From Clostridia bacterium (GTDB lineage Bacteria > Bacillota > Clostridia > Monoglobales > Monoglobaceae), in the NCBI GenBank assembly GCA_045648565.1, contig JAZROF010000064.1:8969-32968 (forward strand): 24,000 nucleotides of DNA, given 5' to 3'. Position numbers and translations under genes: made by a program. A model generated the notes under the pieces. The model made no database searches. It saw only the letters and a program-made list of their open reading frames with translations, and was not told where the DNA came from. Shown piece by piece: positions 14,240 through 22,379 of this stretch. Within the stretch, counting starts at the first letter, position 1, and each line of letters opens with the position of its first letter.

Positions 14240-14982
14240 TGGCAGTAGTATTTGAAAAACCAAAGGGCTTAACTGATGCAGTTCTTCATTATTGCCCAGG
14301 TTGTACTCATGGTATTATTCATAGATTAGTTGCTGAAGCTTTAGATGAGCTTGGCGTAACAGACAGAGCAATTGGTGTTGCTCCTGTTGGATGCTCCGTT
14401 TTTGCTTATAACTATTTCAACTGCGATATGGTTCAGGCGGCTCACGGTCGTGCTCCGGCAGTTGCAACAGGTGTTAAACGCTCCGACCCTAATAATATTG
14501 TATTTACATATCAGGGTGACGGCGACCTTGCGGCTATCGGAACAGCTGAAACTGTTCACAGTGCAGCAAGAGGTGAAAACATTACAGTTATTTTCGTAAA
14601 CAACGCAATCTACGGTATGACAGGCGGACAGATGGCTCCAACAACCCTTCCGGGACAAATTACACAGACCTCTCCATACGGTAGAGATGTAGAAAAGGTT
14701 GGCTATCCTGTTAAGGTTTGCGAAATGCTTTCACAGGTTGACGGTGCAACTTATCTTGAAAGAGTTGCCGTAAACAATGTTAAGAATGTTAAAGCTGCAA
14801 AGGCTGCTATTAAGAAAGCGTTTAAGAATCAGATTGAAGGCAAGGGCTTCTCTTTAATCGAAGTTTTATCAACTTGTCCGACAAACTGGGGCCTTGCACC
14901 AACTAAGGCGATTGAGTGGCTTGAAGAAAATATGATGCCTTATTACCCACTTGGAGTATATAAGGACAAGACAGCGGAGTAA
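14239..14982 (+). CDS. 2-oxoacid:ferredoxin oxidoreductase beta subunit (TPP-binding)
   Basis: YCPGCTHG and GDGD...NNAIYGMTGGQ (TPP motif). Its ATG overlaps the alpha-subunit stop (TAATG). Confidence 0.9.
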   Translation: MAVVFEKPKGLTDAVLHYCPGCTHGIIHRLVAEALDELGVTDRAIGVAPVGCSVFAYNYFNCDMVQAAHGRAPAVATGVKRSDPNNIVFTYQGDGDLAAIGTAETVHSAARGENITVIFVNNAIYGMTGGQMAPTTLPGQITQTSPYGRDVEKVGYPVKVCEMLSQVDGATYLERVAVNNVKNVKAAKAAIKKAFKNQIEGKGFSLIEVLSTCPTNWGLAPTKAIEWLEENMMPYYPLGVYKDKTAE

Positions 14983-14995
14983 GGAGGAAAAGAAA

Positions 14996-15532
14996 ATGAA
15001 TAAAGAAATACTTATTGCAGGCTTTGGCGGACAGGGTATTTTATTCTCCGGAAAGTTCCTTGCCTATGGCGGTCTTATCGACGGAAAAGAAGTTTCCTGG
15101 CTCCCGTCTTATGGTCCTGAAATGCGTGGCGGCACAGCCAATTGCAGTATCATTTTAAGCGATAATAAAATCGGCTCTCCAATCGTTGATAAGCCGGATG
15201 TTTTAATCGCAATGAATGCTCCGTCTTTTGACAAGTATATAACAGAAGTAAAGTCAGGCGGAATGGCTATTGTTGATAGCTCACTCATTGATAAAAAGAG
15301 CGAAAGAGACGATGTTGAGGCATATTATATTCCTGCAACCCGTCTTGCATCAGAAGAAGGTCTTACAGGCCTTGCAAATATGATTATTTTAGGTCTTTTC
15401 CTTAAAAAGACCAACCTTATGACTGACGAGCTTATCGAGGCGGTTATGAAGAAGATTGTTCCGGCTAAAAAGCCACAGCTTTATGACCTTAATATGAAAG
15501 CTATTCAATTAGGTTATAACTACGAAGCGTAA
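14996..15532 (+). CDS. 2-oxoacid:ferredoxin oxidoreductase gamma subunit
   Basis: Start chosen at MNKEILIAGFGGQGILFSGK, with AGGAGG 8 nt upstream. SYGPEMRGG is typical of gamma subunits. The track's start at 14951 overlaps the beta subunit. Confidence 0.9.
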   Translation: MNKEILIAGFGGQGILFSGKFLAYGGLIDGKEVSWLPSYGPEMRGGTANCSIILSDNKIGSPIVDKPDVLIAMNAPSFDKYITEVKSGGMAIVDSSLIDKKSERDDVEAYYIPATRLASEEGLTGLANMIILGLFLKKTNLMTDELIEAVMKKIVPAKKPQLYDLNMKAIQLGYNYEA

Positions 15533-15554
15533 TAAAAAAAGGAGGTTTAAGATT

Positions 15555-16106
15555 ATGAACGAACAGATTAAAGATATTGGTATGCGTCTTGCAACTCTTC
15601 GTGATGATATGGAAATTTCTGCTTGTGAAATGGCCGAGAAGCTTGGGGTTAGTGAAGATATTTATATGGCGTATGAAAAAGGAGAAATGGACTTTTCGTT
15701 TAGCTTAATTTATAAGGCTGCCGAAATTCTTGGCGTTGATATTCTTGACCTGATAAGCGGCAGCGCGCCAACAATTTCTATGTGTTGTATGGTTAAAAAG
15801 GGCAAAGGCTTTTCTGTTAAAAGAGAAGATGAATATGACTATAAGCATCTTGCCTATACATTCAGAAACAAAAAGGCAGAGCCATTTTTAGTAACTATTC
15901 ACCCTGACGAAAAAACACCGGTTATGCACGCCCACGACGGTCAGGAATTCAACTATGTCATATCAGGCAAAATGATACTTTACATAGGCGATATTTCCTA
16001 TGAACTTTCAGAGGGCGACAGTGTTTATTTTGATGCAAGCGTGCCTCACGCCGAGGTGGCGCTTGGAGACAAAGAAGCACAATTTATCGCCGTTGTTATG
16101 AAATAA
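15555..16106 (+). CDS. XRE-family HTH plus cupin-domain transcriptional regulator
   Basis: The N-terminus IGMRLATLRDDMEISACEMAEKLGVSEDIYMAYEKG is an XRE-type HTH. The C-terminus HAHDGQEFNYVISG...GDSVYFDASVPH is a cupin motif. Confidence 0.85.
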   Translation: MNEQIKDIGMRLATLRDDMEISACEMAEKLGVSEDIYMAYEKGEMDFSFSLIYKAAEILGVDILDLISGSAPTISMCCMVKKGKGFSVKREDEYDYKHLAYTFRNKKAEPFLVTIHPDEKTPVMHAHDGQEFNYVISGKMILYIGDISYELSEGDSVYFDASVPHAEVALGDKEAQFIAVVMK

Positions 16107-16134
16107 GACAGAAAAAATTTAGAGGTGATAAAAA

Positions 16135-17820
16135 ATGGCAATATATGAAAAATTTGTGGGTGCAACGAGGGATGATTTTATCTCACTTAAAGATGCCCAG
16201 AAAAACTATACGCTAAGCTACAACGATGATTTTAACTTCGCTTATGATGTTGTTGACGAGCTTGGCAAAACAAAACCCGATAAGCTGGCTATGCTTTGGG
16301 TTTCAAAGGACGGCGAAGAAAAGAGATTTACTTTCGCCGATATGATGTATTATTCAAATAAAGCGGCAAGTTACTTTAACTATATGGGAATTCGCAAGGG
16401 CGACAAGGTTATGCTTGTTTTAAAGAGAAGCTATTATTTCTGGTTCTGTATTTTAGGGCTTCATAAAATCGGAGCAGTTGTTGTTCAGGCGACCAATATG
16501 CTTAAAGCGAAAGATTATGTCTATCGGTGCAACGCAGGAAAAATAAAGGCTGTTGTTGTGACGGGAGACGGAATGGAAACTGAGTATTTTGACGAGGGCG
16601 AAGGACAATACGAAACAATCGAAAAGAAATTCGTTCTTGGTCATAAAAAAGCAGGAGATGACTGGATTGACTTTGAAGCGGGTTTTGAACTTGCTAACCC
16701 TGACTGGCAAAGACCAACAGGGGACCAGGCGGTTATGGCGGACGATATGATGCTTATGGCGTTCTCTTCAGGAACATCAGGCTATCCGAAAATCATTACC
16801 CATAACTTTAAATACCCTCTCGGTCATATTATGACTGGTGTGTTCTGGCACAGAGTTATTGATGGCGGACTTCATTTTACAATTTCCGACACAGGCTGGC
16901 TCAAATCCCTCTGGGGCAAGATTTACGGCCAGTGGTTCGGGGAAAGTGCGGTTTTGGTTTATGATTTTGACAAGTTTGACGCAAAGGATATTTTAAGCAA
17001 ACTTGAAAAATACAAAGTAACAACTTTCTGCGTTCCGCCGACTATGTATAGAATGCTTCTTGAAAACGATGTAAGTAAGTATGATTTATCTTCTCTTACT
17101 CATTGCTGCACAGCAGGAGAGGCATTAAACCCTGAAATCTATAATAACTGGCTTAAAGCCACAGGGCTTAAGCTTTACGAGGGTTTTGGTCAGACCGAAA
17201 CAACCCTTTGTATAGCGACAATTTATCCTTGGTCAGAGCCAAATCCTGGGGCAATCGGCTTCCCTGTTCCGGGCTATGATGTGCATATTTTAGGAGAGGA
17301 CGGAGAGTCCTGCCCAAGAGGTGCAACAGGGGAAATCTGTATAAGAGTGTTAAGTCAGGCACGTAAAACCTGCGGACTTTTGGATACTTATAATTTCAGC
17401 GAGGAGGATACAAAAAAAGCCCTCCACGATGGTTTTTATCATACGGGGGACACAGCGTATCGCGACGAAAAGGGAACTTTCTGCTATGTTGGACGAAATG
17501 ATGATGTTATTAAATCCTCAGGTTACAGAATCGGGCCTTTTGAAATTGAAAGCGTTATGCTTGAACATCCTGCGGTAAAGGAAGTTGCGGTAACAGGTGT
17601 TCCTGACCCAATCCGTGGTTTTGCGGTTAAGGCAACGGTTGTTCTTTCGGATAAATACTTCCCGTCAGATGAACTTACAAAAGAGCTTCAAAAGTATGTT
17701 AAGGATAACACAGCACCATATAAATACCCGAGAGTGGTTGAATATGTTGATGCTCTTCCAAAAACCTTTAACGGTAAAATAAGAAGAAGCGAAATACGCG
17801 ACAAAGATACATTGGTATAA
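16135..17820 (+). CDS. AMP-forming medium/short-chain acyl-CoA synthetase (MACS/ACSM-like)
   Basis: FNFAYDVVD, FSSGTSGYPK, YEGFGQTE, YHTGD and SSGYRIGPFEIES, with the C-terminal NGKIRR catalytic Lys motif. Confidence 0.85.
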   Translation: MAIYEKFVGATRDDFISLKDAQKNYTLSYNDDFNFAYDVVDELGKTKPDKLAMLWVSKDGEEKRFTFADMMYYSNKAASYFNYMGIRKGDKVMLVLKRSYYFWFCILGLHKIGAVVVQATNMLKAKDYVYRCNAGKIKAVVVTGDGMETEYFDEGEGQYETIEKKFVLGHKKAGDDWIDFEAGFELANPDWQRPTGDQAVMADDMMLMAFSSGTSGYPKIITHNFKYPLGHIMTGVFWHRVIDGGLHFTISDTGWLKSLWGKIYGQWFGESAVLVYDFDKFDAKDILSKLEKYKVTTFCVPPTMYRMLLENDVSKYDLSSLTHCCTAGEALNPEIYNNWLKATGLKLYEGFGQTETTLCIATIYPWSEPNPGAIGFPVPGYDVHILGEDGESCPRGATGEICIRVLSQARKTCGLLDTYNFSEEDTKKALHDGFYHTGDTAYRDEKGTFCYVGRNDDVIKSSGYRIGPFEIESVMLEHPAVKEVAVTGVPDPIRGFAVKATVVLSDKYFPSDELTKELQKYVKDNTAPYKYPRVVEYVDALPKTFNGKIRRSEIRDKDTLV

Positions 17821-17857
17821 AACAAAAAGAGAGATGAAAAATCTCTCTTTTTGTTTT
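17819..17857. terminator. Bidirectional rho-independent terminator
   Basis: AACAAAAAGAGAGAT (17821-17835) pairs with ATCTCTCTTTTTGTT (17841-17855) around a 5-nt loop, between convergent genes. Confidence 0.85.
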
Positions 17858-18554
17858 ATAAGAATAATGAAGCAATAACTGTTAAAAGTCCGCAAAGACC
17901 GATTGCGATACCGCTCATTGCTCCCTCGGTTCTTCCAAGTTTAATTGCCTGGGTTGTTCCAAGAGCGTGGCAGGAAGCTCCAATTCCAAGTCCTGCGGCA
18001 ACGGAGTTGTCGATTTTAAACCACTTTATAAAGTATGGGCACATAATCGCCCCGAAAAGTCCTGTAACAAAAACCGCTGCTGATGCAATGGGGGCGTATC
18101 CACCAATTTTTTCTGCAAGAGGCATTGCAATAGCCGTCGTAACTGATTTTGGGATAAGGGATTTAGTGATTGCCTCATCAATTCCAAAAAATCTGCAAAG
18201 GAGAAGAACTGATGCAACAGAAACAATGACTCCGACAATAGTTCCAGCCAAAATAGGAAGAAGATTTTTAATTATAAGGTCACGCTTTTCATACATTGAA
18301 ACCGCCAAAGCTGCCGTTGCAGGAGGGAGGAACAAAAGAATTATATTTCCACCCGAGCTGAAATTTTCAATTGGAATTTTCAAGCAGTAATAAAAAATCC
18401 AAAGAAAAATGACGCTGATTATTAAAGGGTTTACAATTGGTTTATCATATCTTTTTGCTATAAGCTTAGCAAAATAAAAGAAAATAAGAGCAAGAGTAAC
18501 GCCGAAAATCGAAGACTTTGAAAGCTTAAGAATTTCTTCATATATATTATACAT
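17856..18554 (-). CDS. lrgB: LrgB/CidB family membrane protein
   Basis: 232-aa polytopic membrane protein with LrgB-like segments (PLIISVIFL, LLPPATAALAV, SLIPKSVTTAIAM, ASCHALGT). It overlaps the upstream lrgA-like gene by 8 nt. Confidence 0.85.
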   Translation of the reverse strand: MYNIYEEILKLSKSSIFGVTLALIFFYFAKLIAKRYDKPIVNPLIISVIFLWIFYYCLKIPIENFSSGGNIILLFLPPATAALAVSMYEKRDLIIKNLLPILAGTIVGVIVSVASVLLLCRFFGIDEAITKSLIPKSVTTAIAMPLAEKIGGYAPIASAAVFVTGLFGAIMCPYFIKWFKIDNSVAAGLGIGASCHALGTTQAIKLGRTEGAMSGIAIGLCGLLTVIASLFL

Positions 18555-18915
18555 TTTTCTTCCCCTTTCGATTCATAAAAAGCATAACGCCTTTAACTGT
18601 GTAGGCTGTTGCAAAAAATGTAAATATAGTTGTCATGCAACATATAAGAATGAATTGCCACCAGACATTCTTAATAGCCTCAAAATAATTTACAATGTCA
18701 ACAGTTGGCGGAATAAAGAAAAATGCCATATTATTGAGGAAAAAATCCGACATTCCTTTAATTTTATCTACTTTAACAGCCTTTATGATAAGAAGAATGA
18801 AAAGAATAATCATCGCAATAACCGATCCCGGAAAAGGGAAAGGGAGGACTGCCGACATTATATCTCCAACTAAACAAACACCGAAAAATACTGCAAATTG
18901 AAAGATAATATTCAT
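18547..18915 (-). CDS. lrgA: LrgA/CidA family holin-like protein
   Basis: Start chosen at MNIIFQFAVFFG, with GGAGAG 7 nt upstream. 122 aa with four hydrophobic segments (LPFPFPGSVIAMIILF), paired with lrgB. Confidence 0.8.
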   Translation of the reverse strand: MNIIFQFAVFFGVCLVGDIMSAVLPFPFPGSVIAMIILFILLIIKAVKVDKIKGMSDFFLNNMAFFFIPPTVDIVNYFEAIKNVWWQFILICCMTTIFTFFATAYTVKGVMLFMNRKGKKNV

Positions 18916-18993
18916 AATTTTTACTCTCCAAATTAAAGATGCATATAGTTTACCACGAATTGGGATAAAATACAAGCAATTATGCAGATTTTA

Positions 18994-19023
18994 TTGACAG
19001 AAAAAGGTTTTTTGTGATAAAAT
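18994..19023 (+). promoter_or_regulatory. sigma-A type promoter for the DUF1273 gene
   Basis: TTGACA at 18994-18999, an 18-nt spacer, and TGaTAAAAT with TAAAAT at 19018-19023. Confidence 0.55.
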
Positions 19024-19041
19024 TACTTTTGAGGTGTTTTT

Positions 19042-19518
19042 ATGACCTATGAAAAAGAAAAAACCTGCTCATTTACGGGGCACAGAATTATCCCAAACAG
19101 CGAGAAACAGTTTATAAAAGATAAAACAGAAGAAATCTGCCGTATGCTTATAAAAAGGGGTTTTGAAAATTTTATATGTGGCGGTGCTTTAGGGTATGAT
19201 ACATTAGCCCAGGAGTGTATTTTAAAACTTAAAAAAGACTATCCGAATATCAGGCTTATTTTGGCTATACCTTGCCTTGGGCAACATAAAAACTGGAGAA
19301 AAGCCGATATTGAAAAATATGAAAAAATATTAAGCCTTGCCGATGAAAAAATTTATGTTTCTGAAGAATATTCTCCCGACTGTATGAAAAAGCGAAATCG
19401 GTTTATGGTGGATAAAAGCAGTGTGTGCGTTGCCTATGCTAAAAAAGTTACGGGCGGAACGGCATACACAGTTAAATATGCGGTTGAGGAAAGCAGGGAA
19501 ATAATCTTCGTGAGATAG
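19042..19518 (+). CDS. DUF1273 / SLOG-family protein (YpsA-like)
   Basis: CSFTGHR, ICGGALGYDTLAQE, LAIPC...Q...W and GGTAYTV match the YpsA/SLOG nucleotide-binding fold pattern. Confidence 0.8.
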   Translation: MTYEKEKTCSFTGHRIIPNSEKQFIKDKTEEICRMLIKRGFENFICGGALGYDTLAQECILKLKKDYPNIRLILAIPCLGQHKNWRKADIEKYEKILSLADEKIYVSEEYSPDCMKKRNRFMVDKSSVCVAYAKKVTGGTAYTVKYAVEESREIIFVR

Positions 19519-19539
19519 TATAAAAAATTTTGAAATTGC

Positions 19540-19568
19540 TTGACAAAGTGATACTTGTGTGGTAAAAT
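19540..19568 (+). promoter_or_regulatory. sigma-A type promoter for rpmH
   Basis: TTGACA at 19540-19545, a 17-nt spacer, and TGgTAAAAT with TAAAAT at 19563-19568. Confidence 0.6.
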
Positions 19569-19647
19569 AGAAATACTGCTTGTATATAATTAACTTTTGC
19601 AAAAGGCAAAAGCTTTTATACCAATTTATTGAACAGGAGGGACTACA

Positions 19648-19782
19648 ATGCTTAGAACATTTCAGCCTAAGAAAAGACATCGCAAAATGGAGCATGGCTT
19701 TAGAAAGAGAATGGCAACAAAAAACGGCCGTAAGGTTTTGGCCAGAAGAAGATTAAAAGGCAGAAAGAGATTGTCAGCCTAA
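19648..19782 (+). CDS. rpmH: 50S ribosomal protein L34
   Basis: Translation: [54 protein letters not shown]. Below the ORF-track cutoff. Confidence 0.95.
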   Translation: MLRTFQPKKRHRKMEHGFRKRMATKNGRKVLARRRLKGRKRLSA

Positions 19783-19804
19783 GACGCCTTTGGGCGTCTT
19801 TTTG
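19781..19804 (+). terminator. Hairpin plus T-tract between rpmH and rnpA (partial terminator)
   Basis: AAGACGCC (19781-19788) pairs with GGCGTCTT (19793-19800), followed by TTT. Confidence 0.6.
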
Positions 19805-19821
19805 ACTTTTTTTAGAGTATT

Positions 19822-20157
19822 ATGGGCAATATTATCAGTTTAGACCGTGATGGGCAGTTCCAAAAACTGTATAAAAAAGGGAAGTCTGTCGTTTCTCCGT
19901 GTCTTATTGTTTATGTTAAGAAAAACGGGCAAAGCTATAACAGGCTTGGCATAACTGCAAGTAAAAAAATAGGCAAGGCAGTTGTCAGGAACCGTGCAAA
20001 ACGGCGTATCAGAGAACTCTATCGGACGAATTTAGATAATCTTAAGATTGGATATGACTTTGTTATCGTGGCAAGGTCTAAAACGGCAAGTGTTGACTAT
20101 GGCACTCTTTTGTCGGCGTTTATGTCCGCAGTAGAGAATTTAGGTGTTTTAAAATGA
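19822..20157 (+). CDS. rnpA: Ribonuclease P protein component
   Basis: RLGITASKKIGKAVVRNRAKRRIRE is the RNase P protein signature, and the gene sits directly after rpmH. Confidence 0.92.
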   Translation: MGNIISLDRDGQFQKLYKKGKSVVSPCLIVYVKKNGQSYNRLGITASKKIGKAVVRNRAKRRIRELYRTNLDNLKIGYDFVIVARSKTASVDYGTLLSAFMSAVENLGVLK

Positions 20158-20381
20158 ATAAGAGTTCGCGATTATTAGGGGAAGTAGTTATTCTCCCTAT
20201 CAGGTTTTACAGAAAGTATATTTCACCAATGAAAAAACCTTGCTGTAAATATTATCCCACCTGCTCAAAGTATGCCATTTTGGCAATCCGTAAGTATGGT
20301 CCCATTAAGGGAAGTGTAAAGGGTGCGTGGCGGATACTTCGGTGCAACCCCTTTTCTAAGGGTGGGGTGGACGAGCCTTAA
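20154..20381 (+). CDS. yidD: Membrane protein insertion efficiency factor YidD
   Basis: YRKYISPMKKPCCKYYPTCSKYA...RILRCNPF..GGVD. Its ATG overlaps the rnpA stop (ATGA). Confidence 0.92.
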   Translation: MNKSSRLLGEVVILPIRFYRKYISPMKKPCCKYYPTCSKYAILAIRKYGPIKGSVKGAWRILRCNPFSKGGVDEP

Positions 20382-20407
20382 ATAATTAAGAAAATACGAG
20401 GAATGTT

Positions 20408-21472
20408 ATGGAATATATTGAAATATTTTTTGGTGCAATACTTGGCTTTTTATACAAAATCATAGGAAACTATGGTGTGTCTATTGTCTTGTTCACACTT
20501 TTAGTAAAACTTGCTATTTTTCCTCTTGATTTAAAGCAGAGAAAGTCAACTGCGAGAATGCAGAAAATCCAGCCTGTTTTAAATCAGCTACAGAAAAAAT
20601 ATGCAAATGACAGAGAAAAATTAAACAAGGAAATTGCGAAGGTTTACAGTGAATATAAGATAAGTCCTATGAGCGGATGTCTTCCTATGCTCATTCAACT
20701 TCCGATTATATTTGCTCTCTATTGGGTAATCCGTCAGCCCATCACTTATATGATGGGAATAAGAGAAGTTGCTGACCAGGCTTTAATTATAGTTAACTTT
20801 AATGATTGGGCTGTATTAAATCAGGGCGAATTGACAGAAGGACTTAAAAAGTTATATGAAAACGGGCAGAAAATTACAGGGAATAACTATTCTATGTATG
20901 AAATTCAGATAGCACAGCTTATCCACCATAGTAAAGACCTTGTGGGCTTTATTGGTGAAACAGCAAAAGCAAATGGTTTAGGGGCAATCAAAAGCCTTAA
21001 TTTAAACACAGTTGACTTTACCTTCCTTGGCTTAAACCTTGCGGACACTCCAAGCTTTGGTAAAATCGGTTCACTGATTGTGGGAAATGTTTCGAATCTT
21101 ACCTGGCATGACGCCGCTTTATGGCTCATTCCGCTTGGTTCAGGGCTATCTTCCTGGGTTTCAACAAGATTTACTCAAGGGATGAATGCTGAAAAGAAAG
21201 ACAAAAACAGAGTTATTCCGGAAAACGAAAAGACAAAAGACGATAAGGCAAACTCAATGAAGACTATGACAATGATGATGCCGCTTATCTCTGCATGGTT
21301 TACATTCTCGTTCCCTGCAGCACTTGGTCTTTACTGGATTATAAGCAATATAATTCAACTTATTCAGTTGTTTATTGTAAATAAATTTGTTATGCCTAAG
21401 TTGGAAAACGAATCATTTAAAGGAGATTATATAGATGTTAAGGAAAATCGAAAAAAGCGCAAAAAACATTAA
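20408..21472 (+). CDS. yidC: Membrane protein insertase YidC/Oxa1 family
   Basis: LLVKLAIFPL, MQKIQP, SPMSGCLPMLIQLPIIFALY, GLYWIISN and a basic C-terminal tail. The long loop between hydrophobic segments makes it larger than Bacillus SpoIIIJ. Confidence 0.9.
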   Translation: MEYIEIFFGAILGFLYKIIGNYGVSIVLFTLLVKLAIFPLDLKQRKSTARMQKIQPVLNQLQKKYANDREKLNKEIAKVYSEYKISPMSGCLPMLIQLPIIFALYWVIRQPITYMMGIREVADQALIIVNFNDWAVLNQGELTEGLKKLYENGQKITGNNYSMYEIQIAQLIHHSKDLVGFIGETAKANGLGAIKSLNLNTVDFTFLGLNLADTPSFGKIGSLIVGNVSNLTWHDAALWLIPLGSGLSSWVSTRFTQGMNAEKKDKNRVIPENEKTKDDKANSMKTMTMMMPLISAWFTFSFPAALGLYWIISNIIQLIQLFIVNKFVMPKLENESFKGDYIDVKENRKKRKKH

Positions 21473-22232
21473 TGAAGCTCTCAGCCTTGCAGCAGAGGAG
21501 CTTGGGGTTACACCTGAGGAACTTTCCTACGAGGTTACCCGTGAGGTTGGAAAAGGTCTTATGAAGTTTTTAGTCGGCACAGAGGTTGACATTGTTGCCT
21601 GGGTAACAAAAGAGGCTGAAGCTGAAGAAGCTAAGCAGACAAAAAAACCTGAAAAGAAAGAAAAGACAGAGCCTAAAAAAGCAGTTAAAACAGAGGAAAC
21701 TAAAGAGGAAGAGATAACTGAAAAGAAGAGCAAAAATGAGCCTCGTGCTGATTTTGTCATTCCGAAAGAAAGCGTTGATGACGCTAAAATGTTCCTTGGT
21801 GAAATGCTTAAGAAAATCGGCTTTGATGCAACACTTTCAGTTAAGCTTGACGGCAACACAATTTATATTGATGTTGCAGGCGATAAGATGGGACTTTTAA
21901 TCGGCAAGAGAGGGGATACTTTAGATGCTGTTCAGTATCTCACAAGTCTATATGTAAACAAGGGCAAGGGACAGTATATTAAAGTTACTGTAGACACAGA
22001 AAACTATCGTGCAAAGAGAGAAGAAACCTTAGTCCGTCTTGCAAAAGGTCTTCAAAGACGAGTTGTAAAGGATAAGATGGACGTTACTCTTGAGCCAATG
22101 TCACCAAACGAGAGAAGAATTATCCATGCAACTTTACAGCATGATAAGAGAATAAAAACTTACAGCATTGGAGAAGAGCCAAACCGCCGTTTGGTTGTTG
22201 CATATGCAAAGAAAGATGACGTTGAAGAATAA
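21435..22232 (+). CDS. jag: RNA-binding protein Jag/KhpB (Jag_N-KH-R3H)
   Basis: The N-terminus AKNINEALSLAAEELGV matches Jag_N, followed by a Lys/Glu-rich linker, the KH-type GLLIGKRGDTLDAVQYL and the R3H-type ERRIIH. AAAGGAG lies upstream, and the gene overlaps the yidC tail by 38 nt. Confidence 0.9.
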   Translation: MLRKIEKSAKNINEALSLAAEELGVTPEELSYEVTREVGKGLMKFLVGTEVDIVAWVTKEAEAEEAKQTKKPEKKEKTEPKKAVKTEETKEEEITEKKSKNEPRADFVIPKESVDDAKMFLGEMLKKIGFDATLSVKLDGNTIYIDVAGDKMGLLIGKRGDTLDAVQYLTSLYVNKGKGQYIKVTVDTENYRAKREETLVRLAKGLQRRVVKDKMDVTLEPMSPNERRIIHATLQHDKRIKTYSIGEEPNRRLVVAYAKKDDVEE

Positions 22233-22237
22233 TATTT

Positions 22238-22270
22238 AAAGCACTACTTTTTTGTAGTGCTTTAGTTTTA
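22238..22270 (+). terminator. Rho-independent terminator after jag
   Basis: AAAGCACTAC (22238-22247) pairs with GTAGTGCTTT (22254-22263), followed by AGTTTT. Confidence 0.75.
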
Positions 22271-22379
22271 GAACGGGGACATATGGCAGGTGGAATGGTT
22301 TTTATGTTTCTACCCAACTATGGAACTAATAAGCTTTTGTTGGATTTAAAAAGAAGAAATAATAAGAAGGATAAATACT

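Noticed and set aside
17851-18390. 179-aa plus-strand ORF
   Set aside because: It is antisense to the LrgB-like gene. The Pro/Ala/Ile-rich translation is the mirror of a membrane protein, and its start lies inside the terminator.
19594-19617. Hairpin CTTTTGC-aaaag-GCAAAAG followed by CTTTT in the rpmH 5' UTR, as a possible leader or attenuator
   Set aside because: It has only 7 bp, 5 of them A-U, so it is marginally stable. I know of no L34 leader motif to compare it with. It is noted but not called.
18916-19647. oriC / DnaA-box cluster next to rpmH
   Set aside because: There is no TTATCCACA or one-mismatch cluster. The closest, TGTGGTAAA at 19557-19565, is part of the rpmH extended -10. 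No dnaA gene lies in the window.
22266-22379. Possible fluoride (crcB-motif) riboswitch upstream of the CLC gene
   Set aside because: GGUGGAAUGG...UCUACCCAAC...CUAAUAA superficially echoes GGnGAUGG...UCnCC.AAAC...CUAAUGA. However, the P1 loop would be about 14 nt, no P3 helix forms, and there is no 3' segment complementary to the loop for the pseudoknot. This needs cmsearch to settle; by eye it fails.
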